DNA of 64,000 nt from Utricularia gibba (Eukaryota > Plantae > Magnoliophyta). Below the pieces are notes generated by a model. The model worked only from the letters and a program-made list of their open reading frames with translations, did not search any database and was not told where the DNA came from. The stretch spans positions 2,108,001-2,172,000 of the forward strand of contig NEEC01000016.1 in the NCBI GenBank assembly GCA_002189035.1. The letters run 5' to 3'. The position numbers and the translations under genes were made by a program. How positions within the stretch are numbered: the stretch's first letter is position 1; each line of letters opens with the position of its first letter. This document shows, one piece after another, positions 35,866 to 47,459 of the stretch.

Positions 35866-38100
35866 GGGATGTTGCAGGAACGTACTTTGAGGGAGGCGCA
35901 TGAATTGGGGTATGCTATGCACCCAAGGAACACCAAGATGTATCATGACTTGAAAAAGAGAATCTGATGGGAAGCAAAGTATTGCCTTATTCATGGGGAA
36001 GTGTCAAATCTTTCACCGCACTAAGGTGGAACACTAGAGACTAGGAAAACTGCTGCAGCCTTTGAGCATTCCTAATGGAAGTGGAAGATGGTCACCATGG
36101 ATTTCGTGACAGGGTTGCTTCGGAACCACATGGCGAAGGACGCAATCTGGGCGGTTGTAGATCGCCTCACGAAGAGTGCTCACTTTCTGTCGATTCATTC
36201 CAAGTGGAGCATCAGTCCTCCCACTTGAGAGTACATGACGGAGATAGTACGATTGCACAGGGTACCGGTGACCATTGTTTCTGACCGTGATATCAGGTTC
36301 ACCTCTAGGTTGTGGCAGGTGGTACAAGAAGCATTGGGTAGCAAGCTTAACATGAGCATCGCAATGCACCCCCAAACGGATGGGCAGTCTGAACGGACGA
36401 TCCAAATAGTAGAGGATCTATTGCGGGCTAGTGCCTTGAAGTTCCAAGGAGATTGGGATTTGTACATCTACTTGATGGAGTTTGCGTACAACAACGGATA
36501 CAAATCAAGCTTCAGGATGTCTCCATACAAAGCCTTGTATGAGAGGAAATGTAAGACCCCTCTACACTAGGATGAGGTGGGGAAACAAGCACTATTGGGA
36601 CCTAAGTTGGTCCATGACGTAGAACAGAAGGTAAGGGTGACCAAGGAGAGACTTAAGGTTGCACAGAACAAACATCAATCATAGACAAGGCCTACATGCA
36701 ACTATCACTTCAACGAGGACTCACGAGAAGCATGAAGTTTGGAAAGATAGGACCCCGATTCATTGGACCATATGCGATAATAGAACGCATTGGAAAGCTA
36801 GTATATAGATTGGCCTTACCGAAAGAGTTGTCAAGGTGCATGATGTTTCTCATGTAGCATAGCTAAGAAAGAAAATACCAAAGGCAGGGCGTGAGATACG
36901 GGGGGTGAGGTTGGGATTGTAGACAACCTCACCTATCGAGTATGCCCTTTACGTATTTTAGGCAGAAAGGTGACTATTTTGAGAGGGAGGCCGATTGTGT
37001 GGTTGAAGATTCACTGGGCAAACCTTAGCCCTGAAGATGCAACATGGGAGACAAAAGTCCATATGAGGCTGCAGCACCCTGAGTTTTTTGCAGGTAAGGT
37101 TTCAAGATGAAACCTTCTTAAGGGGGGGGGGAGGGGAAGGAAATGTCATAACCTAGGTTGGAGTATGTTGAAATTCAATGATAATATAGCATGCATAGAG
37201 GCTAAGGGGACGAACAAGGAAGGGCTACGAGGAACCCCTCTACTTGGCTGCTCGTGCACAAAGAATTGGTCAGATCCGAACACGGCATGAAACTCTGGAC
37301 AGAGGTGTACCAGGCTCTCAGGCGAACCTCGAGGGTGCTCGTAGAAGAGACCTGCTTGAGCTGATGTGACTCTATACGATCGAGCAAGCATGCATGCCCA
37401 AGGGATGGTGAGTGATGCGCTGGACCCTAGGTAGAGTGTGGTCGCGAGCCCAAGGGTTGGAAAAGGAAAGAGCTCAAAAGCCCAATAGTCAAGGGTGGTA
37501 TATAAGGGTTTGGCATGGTGGTGGGTTGGGGGATTGGAAAATCAGAGAAGGAGTGCTACCATGTCAAGATACGGAAGAAGAAGGTCGCGTTTTGATAGAA
37601 GGACAAGGAGCCACACGATGGTAAGGGGAAGCATGAGCGAGAACATACAAATAACGGCCGAAGGACCATAAGATGATGAGCCCCAAAGAGTGGGGTTGGA
37701 CCCTTGGCTGAGGTATCTCCGATGGCAACCCAACATGTGTTTGGGTAGATCTCACCATGAGCTCCAAAGGGAGTGGGGTTGAGACAGATCACGATGGCCA
37801 GGATCCCTCCCAACGGTAACGTGATGTGCCATCATGGGATGCACACCCTTGTGACCGACGAGTCCTTATGATATATGTGTTTACGCTCTTACGATGATAT
37901 GTGTTGATGTTGCGCTTATGATGATATGTGTCATGATTATGATTGGTAGTGTGGTCTACCCTACACATATGTTAACCCCTTACGAACTTATGTGTAGGTG
38001 AAGGATCTGGTCGTGTGGAGACTAGCAGAGAGGTAGAGGGGCTGGCGGAGTGAACTCGGAGGACCGAGGGGACTGGGGAATAGAAAGTTGCTACTATGCT
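35866..38100 (+). mobile_element. Tekay chromovirus 3' end: integrase-chromodomain, PPT, 3' LTR from 37144
   Basis: HPRNTKMYHDLK, VVDRLTKSAHFL, RLHRVPVTIVSDRDIRFTSRLW..HPQTDGQSERTIQ, chromodomain (ATWETKVHMRLQHPEFF). A G-rich PPT precedes tgtcataacc at 37144. The right end of the LTR is uncertain. Confidence 0.9.
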
Positions 38101-38499
38101 CGTGTTTTCCTTTTGTTTACATGTGATTTTGCAGATTATGTTGAACAATTTTTCCCGTATTTATAAACAAGATATTCCCAAGTAATCTCATGTCTATGCG
38201 GATTAAATAGATCAAACCAAACCCACCCAAGAGACCGTTCACGTTTCTTGGTGGGGTAACGACCATGGCTGCCAAGCCCTCTTCTTGGGTCATTACACAT
38301 AGGGGGCGAGGGTTGGTGTTGAGGTACACTAATATTGGCAGCAAAGCGAGGGGCAAGAAAGAAGGTGGCGGAGGGGAAGGTTAGAGGTGCGACTAGTTTT
38401 GAATTATATGGTTTCGGTTCGGAACCACACAGTTCATGCAAACTGTCAATTCCAAAACCATGATTCACCATGGATCTTGTGTCCTCTCATCCCTATATG

Positions 38500-39883
38500 C
38501 ATCTTTATTCTTTTTAGAAGCTTTAAGATTCTTCAATACATCACAACAATAGGTTTCGTCCCCGGTGCATCCACAAAGGGTGGTAAAGTATCACTAAAAT
38601 TCACTAAAAGAACTTTTGGATGCCACTGTAGATGTTGAAGTTGTTAAAAGATCTTTAATCATTCTAGCCAAGATGAGGTAAATAATAGAATTTGTCTTCC
38701 ACAAAATCAAGATATTAAGGTTGTCATCATCAACACCCTTAACAATTGGAGTATTGCTGTACAATGTAATTTGATCAACATAATTTAATGAAGATGATGA
38801 AGAGGGTGACACAAATGAGCTATGTTTCCTGTGAATAATATCCATCGAATTGTGACTACCACACATCGAATTATTACATGTTTTAGGAATAGGAACACTA
38901 AGATCACTATATCTCGAAACATAAAGGAAATACATAGCATGTAGAACATTATTAGCATTAATATCTATGTCTTAGCCATTTTTAATGGAAAAGGCAACAT
39001 CATCCACATTAAAAGATTATGAAATGCATTCAAGTAAAGTTTTCACACCTCTAAAGTTCATCCGGGGATCCAAAAATGAGTGCAATAAGAAACAAATGTA
39101 GGATTTCATTAAAGTATTTTAAAAACTTATTTTTCATATTTTACATTACACTCCCCCAAAAATCATAATCACCTTGATGATCATAAAAAGCAAATGAAAT
39201 TTTACAAATACATGAAAGCACAAATTGAGAAATTGGATAATAAATACCACTCAAAATCTTAGTATAAGAGTAAAATATTTTTAATAAATTTACTAAAATT
39301 CTTATTTTTTTCAAAAATGGAATGAGTAAAGAAATTGTAACCCATGAAAGATTCACAAAATTCAATAAGAACATTTTTATAAGAAATAAAAAATTGTAAC
39401 ATGTCATAGTTAGAATTCCATCTAATTAAACAATCACTTTTAAATTTATAATAAGAAATATTTCTTTCTTGACAAATATTTTACAATCATCTCTTTTATT
39501 AGGTGTATTTTAATTATACTAACTAAATCATGAATAAAAGTTAAAAAAATTTTACTCTTTCAAACCACTCTAAACACACAAATTTAAAATAATAGGATTC
39601 ATATTATTATTTATAATGTCAATTGCGTTTGTCTAAAGAGATAGAAAAATTCCTATAACAAATTTCATAAAATGCTGTGATTTTTTCAATAATTCTTCCA
39701 ATCGAAAAATCATTATATGGTGATGGCCATTTTTGAAAAGTTAAAATTCGTTTTTACATACACCAAGAATTATCCACCTAAGAACATTTAATAATAATAT
39801 AACTTTTATTGTTGCAACCTTTCCAACCATCGCAAGTTAAATAAAAATTACATTTTAGAAATTTAAAAGTAGAAATTAAAAAG
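38500..39883 (-). pseudogene. hAT transposase remnant (catalytic core to dimerisation domain), interrupted by the Tat element
   Basis: Minus strand: CDGWKGCNNKSY (DxW motif), KRILTFQKWPSP, WNSNYDML (RWNSTY motif), KIFYSYTKILSGIYYP, NILILWKTNSIIYLILARMIKDLL..STVASKSSFS (hATC domain). Probably continues at ~46394-46500. Confidence 0.88.
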
Positions 39884-40489
39884 TGATGGGGTATAAATCG
39901 GTTGAGGATAATCAATCACTGAAAAGGCTGCCAAAAGGAGCTCTGAGGAGATAGTGCCTGCCGACAAACCGATATATATCAGAGATCTGACAGCAGCGGC
40001 CATATGACGCAGTCTAAAAAGCGGCTGAATCATAGCAGAGCGCACAACGAGCATCTGAAAAGTAAGGTTACAGTACAAGTACAAAAAGCGACCGACACCT
40101 GCAGAAAGGGGGGATTCGGCTAGATCGATCTCCTCTATAAATAGGAGAAATTTCGAAAGAAGAAAGGGACCCCATAGAATTCCTCAACTTGTATCATTCT
40201 CATCAGCACCTCCATCTAGTGAAATTCCCTTCGGCGAGTTCCGATAGCTCCGTGGTTTTTTTCGCCTTATGGTGATTTCCACGTAAAACATCCTCACCTG
40301 CTTTCACTGTGTCTAGTCAGGTCGATTAGATCACGGAAAGAAACGATATCTCTGACATCACCCATAACCCAAAAATCGACCCAATCCAGCATACCGATTT
40401 TCGTCCTCAACCTTTTTTGGCACCCATTGTGGGGCCGATCTATGGCCCCACTCTAGAAATCCACAGAGGTCGCTCACCAAACATCAACC

Positions 40490-41135
40490 ATGGCAGAAAA
40501 TGGAAGGGCTGCGAATTCTTTCCATGAAGGGAACACCGGCATGCCAAACCCCGGTCCTATGGTCAACAGTAGGGAGCAACTGAAGGTTCCCCTTTTTGAC
40601 GGAAATTCTCCCCGACTATAAGGTACCCTCGGGCCTTAACTACAATGCATAGGAGGGGACACCCAAAACCGCACAACAAGTGGAAAAGCAACCCCTGATC
40701 CCGGAATATTCCCTGGACACAGAAATCGAGTTTCTCATGAGCCAAGAATGGACTAGGAGAACGGATGCCCTCTTGAATAAATATCAGACAAAGAATGAAA
40801 GCCAAACTCGAAAATGTTGGAGGGTCGTGGGTAGCCGGTGGGATCAGCGTGGAACACTGCAACAAGGAAAGGCCCGTATCAGATGACAGAATATTCATGG
40901 CTGACTAGGGGCTTATCCAGAAAAGAGCTACAACAAGTCGGTATCCCCAAGGGAATTCTAAGAAGGGGACTTGGTGCTCTAGAACATCCAACCAAACTTG
41001 ATCGAAGTTGGAAAGGCCCGTATCAGACTTCAAGCGTGATCGAAAAAAAAGGGGTTTGTCGTCTAGAACGATTAGATGACATGGAGTTTCCAAGATCATG
41101 GAATACATCCCATATGAGGCGATTCTATGCCCAAC
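40490..41135 (+). pseudogene. Vestigial gag-to-integrase-tail mini ORF of the Tat element
   Basis: ATG at 40490; gag-like ILPDYKVPSGLNY; then integrase C-terminus EKSYNKSVSPREF*EGDLVL* and KLDRSWKGPYQ..GVCRLERLDDMEFPRSWNTSHMRRFY. No protease, RT, RNase H or integrase core. Confidence 0.7.
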
Positions 41136-41843
41136 TGGTTCGATACCAATCCTCATCACAGGTTCTTGCAAAATTCGGTACTCTCTTCACCAAAGTACGC
41201 AAGCGGCGATAAATTCCTCAATAGCGGAGACGAGTTAAAAAACTTAGAAGTCCTAGCCGATCGCATAAAGCCCCGGCAAATCCTTTCATTCTAAAATCAT
41301 AAGCCCTAGCCAAGTTATATAAGCCCAAGCAAACCTCATAAATCAATGCCCCCTGTTGAGCACAATATATCAAAATCGGGGGATCCTTGTCATTCAAGGA
41401 GAGAATATTGCCGAAATAGGCCGGCGCATCCACCCAAAAGGGATGAGACTTTCCCAAAAGGGCCCTTTTTGGATTAAGAAGATAACTCAAGCCATGGAAG
41501 GTCCTGAGTTATGCCTCCAACGTCAATCGCACGATTATAAGAGAGGACTCGAAAGAGAAGCCCGACCGGATAATTGACTAATCATGCCACTCATAAATAT
41601 CGGTAAAGGTAATCGGAGTAAGAGATGAGAAAGAAGAATCCCAAACCGAGATCCCAAAGTATTCAAAGACCCCGGAACCGGGGACAAGGACATTAGTTCA
41701 GCAAAAGAAAAGATAAAGAAGTTAAACTTCAGGGGGAGGAGGAGGATCGTTGTCAGGACCGACCGAGGGGCCAACATGCACCCGAAGCCTCACCCGCAGC
41801 TTGGCCTCGTTCTCTAGTCCGATTCTTGCCCGGATGACTGTTA

Positions 41844-43390
41844 TCAGTCGTTCCCGATCTGATTCAAATCCAATTCAGGAGCTGGGTACGCATGAGCGAT
41901 AACGTCCACCATGTTCTCGTCTTTCCTCAAGGGATCGACCCTGTCAAAACGCGGGTCTGTGATCGCTAACCCAAATTCTTGGCTGATTTGACGCCTTTGC
42001 CGATGAAGGAGCAAACCGATCAAGTCCCCCGCATAGATATCGGATAACTCCGAAAAGCATGCTGAGTTGACGAAATTCTCCAGAAGGTCTCACCGAGATG
42101 CCTCCCGACTCAATAAGTCGGCTTCTAGAGTCGCGATGCGATCTTTGGCCTCGTCTAATTCGGCTTCCGTCTCTTCAACCCTTACCTTGAAGCCTTCCTT
42201 CTCTGATTGGGCGTCGTCAACCGTCTTCCCCATCTCCTCAATCACGTTCCGTAACTCTTCCTCCCGACGGTCACGCTTTCCCAAGATGCTCCGTAGAGAA
42301 CTCCCTTCCTCAGCCATTAACTTCATCTTGGAATTTTGAGCCTCCACCTACTTTTCAAGCCGAACAACCTCCCCGGGTTGAGACTCGACTTTCTTGGCCA
42401 GCCCCCATCCAATAGTCAAGGCCTAACAAAAAACTGCTAAGTTGGAAAGCTGTTATGAATGACACTGAGAAGGCAAAGGATCAGTACCTGCCATAAGATC
42501 CCGTGCCAAGTTTGAAACACGGGAAAATAGAGCCTAACTACCTCTTTGCTTTTTCGAGGGCCTATGGACAATTGCCTTAACTCTTTTCTTTTTCTTGAGG
42601 GCTGCGGGTTGGGAAGATTGTGAAATCGGAGTCGAGATAGGAACGGAGGGGGGATTTGGGGGAGAATGAGAGGATAGAGCTTGCAAATCGGTATTCTTAG
42701 AGGGTATAATATCGGGCCAATGGGGATCACGACTTCGACCGATAAGACCTGATCTCTTTAGAGATTCCCCCGAAAACATAAGGGTACGAGATTTGAAGCG
42801 GATGGAACCCCGGCTAAGTCTATCGTAAAGGACTTCACGAGACTCAGTGGAAGATCGATATGCACCAAATAGCTTTACCCTAAAAGGCACGGGAGGATCA
42901 TTCGGATAGTTCCACTGAAAACCCAAGGGAGGCGCCACCCAAAAAAAAGAAGACCACCAATCATGGTGGGTATCAGGGGCTTTCACGATAAAGTGAGGAC
43001 TGTCCTCAAATGAGCGGAATTGGAAATGAGTGCGGCCATCCATGGGGGATTTTGCTTTGCGGACAGCTATTTTGAAAAGTTGGAGAAAATCTACCAGAGT
43101 CATCGCCGAATCCATACCAGCCAAATAGAACAGAAAAGTAGTAAAGCGGAAAATGGAATTCTGTGCAAGACAGTAAAGCGGGATCGCGAAAGTGTGAAGA
43201 AAATTGACTATCAAAGGATGGAGAGGGAAGCGTAGACCACTTTAGAAGTAGGCCAATGGGATCGGCAAACTATGAGGAGGGAGCGGACTCTCACCTAACC
43301 CCCAAGGGATTTTAGTATCCCGGGCATGGGAGGCAATGTACTCGTCAGGAATCGAGTATCGGATGCAGGGAGAGGGATTATCAATCTCAC
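41844..43390 (-). pseudogene. Antisense extra ORF of the Tat element (Transposase_28/PF04195-like domain plus coiled coil)
   Basis: IRYSIPDEY..F*SGLRFPLHPLIVNFLHTFAIPLYCLAQNS..TLVDFLQLF..KAPDTHHDWWSSFFWV, a KKKKR basic patch, a coiled coil (42090-42347), and an in-frame continuation DLLENFVNS.. to a stop at 41844. About 515 codons with several TAG/TGA stops and at least one frameshift. Confidence 0.8.
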
Positions 43391-43394
43391 TAGG

Positions 43395-45718
43395 CTATGG
43401 GCTCTCTTGAGTGACACAAGAGTCAGACCCTGGTGTAAAACCCATCCAAATTACTTTTATTTTATGTTTTCTGCATCTTTATGTTAATTTCAGTCCATTT
43501 TCACCCTTGCAACTCATTCCTTTCAGTCATTGTTATTTTAGGTCTTACCCGCATTAGAACTAAGTCCCAAAAAACCCCCCTAATTCAAGTAATTGTGTGA
43601 ACTTCAGAAAATTGCAACCATTCCCTGCGGATTCGACCCTTGCTTGCTATGCTACATTAATTCTTGTGATTTGTGTAGTAGAATAGCTCAATTTATAAAT
43701 TTCTTTTGATGCGTTGAATGAGCTAAACCGCGACATTTCACAACCCATCCCAACGTCCATCAAAATGGCACCGTTGCCGGGGAATGGTGTCTGTTAATTT
43801 TTCTGTTGTTAATGCATTTACGTTCCCTTGCAGGTCCACTTGAACCCCTTGATTTGGAGGTCGAGAGGACTGAAAGAATACTGAGAAAGAAGCACAAACA
43901 AAGTCAGCAAGAGGCTAATTTGAGGGTCATAGAGGGCTGACAACCCACCAAATAACCAACAGCTTGTGAATATTTTGGAGAAGACTATTGGAGAGTATGA
44001 GTCATCAGATCATACATACCGAGGGCACTGCATTACCTTTCCTACAGCAGCAATTAATTTGGAGTTGAGGCCAAGAACCCTTGCTCTGTTTCCTAAGTAT
44101 TATGGGAACAAGAATGAGGATCCTCATATGCATATTGATGATTGTATTGTTGTTGGAGCTGTGCTGCGACCCAAGGACGTGACTGAGGATGATTTACTAC
44201 TTAGAGTCTTCCAATTTACTCTTGAAGGACATGCCAAGACTTGGTTCAACACACTTGAACCTGGAAGTATTAGAAGTTGGATGGAAATGAAGAAAGCATT
44301 TTTAAATCAGTTTTTTCCTACTTCTAGAGCAGATGAAATTCGAAACAAAATTGAAAATATTTTTCAGGATTATGATGAACCTGTATTGGGACAGGTTCAC
44401 AACCCTTCTTTCGAGCTGCCCACATCATGGATTTGACAAATTGAAGCAAGTGAAGTGTTTTTTGAAGGGCTTGACTGCTGCCCAACGGGATAAATTGGAT
44501 TCTGCTGCCCATGGGAATATGAGGACTCTTACCCCATCTGAAGGCTGGGAGAAAATTAAAGAAATGGTTGGACATTCAAGGCATTCTCAGTTTCCATCTC
44601 AAGCCCAGCGACAAGTGAATGAAATGGGGGTATTGAGAGAAGATGAAGCAGCAAGAAATGACAAGGATATTGCTGAATTGAAGGATATGGTGAAAGGTTT
44701 ATTTCTTGTTCATGCAAAATCCATGCCTTGTGAATTTTGTGGAAGTCTGGGATATACGCCTGATCATTGCTCCATGAAAGGAAATCAAGAAGAACCACTT
44801 GAAGGAGTGAATGCAATGGGGTACATGAATAATAGAGCGGATTATTTCAAGCCCAAAAATGACCAGCGATTTGAGCCTATGAGGAATCATCCCAATTTTA
44901 GCTAGAGAAGCACCAACGTGGAGAATCCACAACATCTGGGATTCACTCAACCGCAGCAGCAACCAGCTCCACTAATTTCGTTTCAACAAGGACAGAGTGT
45001 TCAGTAGGGGAATAGGTATCAAAGCAGGCCTTATCAACCCCCACATCAAAGAGTCGACCAGCCAAGCACTTCAGGTGTTAAACCACCTCCTTCCACTGAA
45101 GAAATGATGAAGATGATGCTGGAAAACATGGCCAGACGTGATGCTGAACAAGCAAAAACGGATGCTGAAAAGGCCAAAAGGAAAGTTAAATCTGAGAAGA
45201 TGATGAAGAGTCTTGAGAGGAAAATTGGCCAACTTGCTACAGAGCTCACTGAACTGAAAGGAAACTCAGGGAAATTACCATCTCAGCTCAATGCTAATCC
45301 GAAGGCCAACATTTCTACTATAGAACTTCGTGGGGGAAAGCAGCCCCCTGACCGAAAAGCCCCTACAAGCCACAGCAAAGCAGCATAAGGGATTCAAATT
45401 AATTCTGAAGATAAGGTGCAGCATGAAAAGGCAGCAGGGGAACCTGTTGTTGAGATCAAGAAGATGCCTCCTTTTCTTGGAAGATTGCAAGCTCGAGCAA
45501 GGCAAGAAGAAAAGGACTCTATCATTTCAGCCTTGGACTCTGCAATGATCACCATGAAGGCTGTAGATTATTTAAGGCAAGTGCCGAAAGGGATGAAAGT
45601 ATTAAAGGACTTGTGTAGTTCAAAGAGGAAGAGCAAGGATGAAGAAATGATCAAAGTCAGTGCTCAAGTCTCCGCATATCTGACCCAACAAATGCCAGAA
45701 AAATGTTCAGACCCGGAG
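43395..45718 (+). mobile_element. Athila fragment D (3' part of 5' LTR, PBS, gag) embedded in the Tat element
   Basis: LTR part 43395-43762 (about 85% identical to the copy A LTR by manual count). PBS tggcaccgttgccgggga (43766-43783). gag LEPLDLEVER, YYGNKNEDPHMH..FTLEGHAKTWF..RSWMEMKKAFLNQFFP, ending at QMPEKCSDP just before the protease. No TSD. Confidence 0.92.
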
Positions 45719-47150
45719 GTGACACGCGGCGAGGGAGTTGTATTAAATGGGTTTAAGATTCATCCCCGAGAAATCGATAAACTCGAAATCAATATAGTGG
45801 CAATTCTGGTTTCTCGGCTTGCCCCGAGAAGGCCAATGCCGGCAAACCAGAGGGGCTGAATGATGGGGTATAAATCGGTCGAGGATAATCGATCTCTGAA
45901 AAGGCTGCCAAAAGGAGCTCTGAGGAGACAGCACCTGCCGATAGACCGATATATGTCAGAGATCTGACAGCAGCGGCCGTATGCCGCAGCTTGAAAAGCG
46001 GCCGAATCATAGTAGAGCGCGCAGCGAGCATCTGAAAAGTAAGATTACAGTACAAGTACAAAAAGCGACCGACACCTACAGAAAGGGGGGATTCGGCTAG
46101 ATCGATCTCCTCTATAAATAGGAGAAATTTCGATAGAAGAAAGGGACCCGGGAGAATTCCTCAACTTGTATCATTCTCATCAGCACCTCCATCTAGTGAA
46201 ATTCCCTCCGCCGAGCTCCGATAGCTCCATGGTTTTTCCGCTTTATGGTGCTTTCCACGTAAAACATCCTCGCCTACTTTCACTTTATCTAGTCAGGTCG
46301 ATTAGATCACGGAAAGAAACGATATCTCTGACATCACCCATAACCCAAAAATCGACCCAATCCAGCATACCGATTTTCGTCCTCAACAAAAAGTCAAAAA
46401 TGTTTTTAAAATCCTCACAATATCAACAGTTTTTCTACAAAATTTTGTGTACCCCGTTGCACTTGTTTCAATATATCATAAAAAGAAGATTTTTCAACTA
46501 ATGAAAAAAGAAGTTCATTAAATATCAAATAACACACTATAGTAATTTGAAAAAGTTGACAATTAAAAAAAAATTGGACAATCCCACATTATTATCATCT
46601 CCTAAAAATAATCTAATTTGACAAGACTAAGGTAATTTATTATTATGTTTCTCCTTAACATACCTTTTTTATGTATCGGTTCTCCAATCCTTCTTGAAAG
46701 TGTATTCCTTACAACAATACATGCAAGTAAGTTTTTTTGGGATTAGAAACAATAAAATGATCTGTTGGGAACTCATTTGTCACTTTTTGGGATTAGAAAC
46801 AACAAAAATCACTGTTATTTGTCGATTTTTTACGACTAAAATGACTCGACGAGGTAGAAGAAACTATTTTTTGGGAACTAGAAAAAGCATCATGTTAGGG
46901 TAAGGAACTACATTCAAGATCATGCAAAAATTGAAGATTTTTTTCCAAAAATAAATTCTCTATCGTTTTTAAAACACAAGTGTTAATTGTCATTTTCTAG
47001 TTATTTATTAGGTATTATTAGGTGTTAATCTAGTGTTAAATCGCCCAAATTAGGAGTCTTATTATTAAGTATTTGATTATTATTAGAAAATTCCTATTTT
47101 CCTATTTTGTATATATTTTATGTCTTTTTTCTCACACTTTGACGGAGACA

Positions 47151-47458
47151 TGTCAAGAGACCGTCGTGGACTATTGTAGGAGTATTGCAGTGGTCAGACT
47201 CTGAGTTTTCGTGCCTTGTACGCGACTTGGAACGATTGTGGGCGAAAGACTGACACTAGTCAGGGGCCCTGACTTACGGCATGCTAGAGTCTGCAGAAAT
47301 GATTGGGCACTAACTTGCACGCAAAGGAAAGCTGCTAGCGCATGCAAGACAGAAGGAATGATGGGAAGGGGACCCAAAGGAGTTAATGCACATGGGAAAT
47401 GATATAAAAGCCACTTAGAGCACTTAGTTTCGGACTTTTGAACAATTTTCCTTGTACT
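47151..47458 (+). repeat. Unclassified LTR-like fragment fused to the truncated integrase of Athila C
   Basis: Starts TGTCAAG and contains gatataaaagcc (TATA-like). The Athila C integrase stops at PGKLK (~47460) instead of continuing to SRWSGPF. Confidence 0.4.
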
Positions 47459-47459
47459 T

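Larger units (their letters stand above)
39884..46388 (+). mobile_element. Non-autonomous Tat/Retand-type LTR element (6.5 kb) with intact boundaries
   Basis: LTRs 39884-40412 and 45861-46388 (37 differences in ~529 bp by manual count, ~93%). TSD aaaag on both sides (39879-39883, 46389-46393). PBS tggcacccattgtgggg (40418). PPT accagaggggctgaa (45846-45860). Confidence 0.95.

Noticed and set aside
39863-46061. Near-identical ORFs MYLYCNLTFQML.. at 39863-40084 and 45789-46061
   Set aside because: They are antisense readings of the two Tat LTRs.
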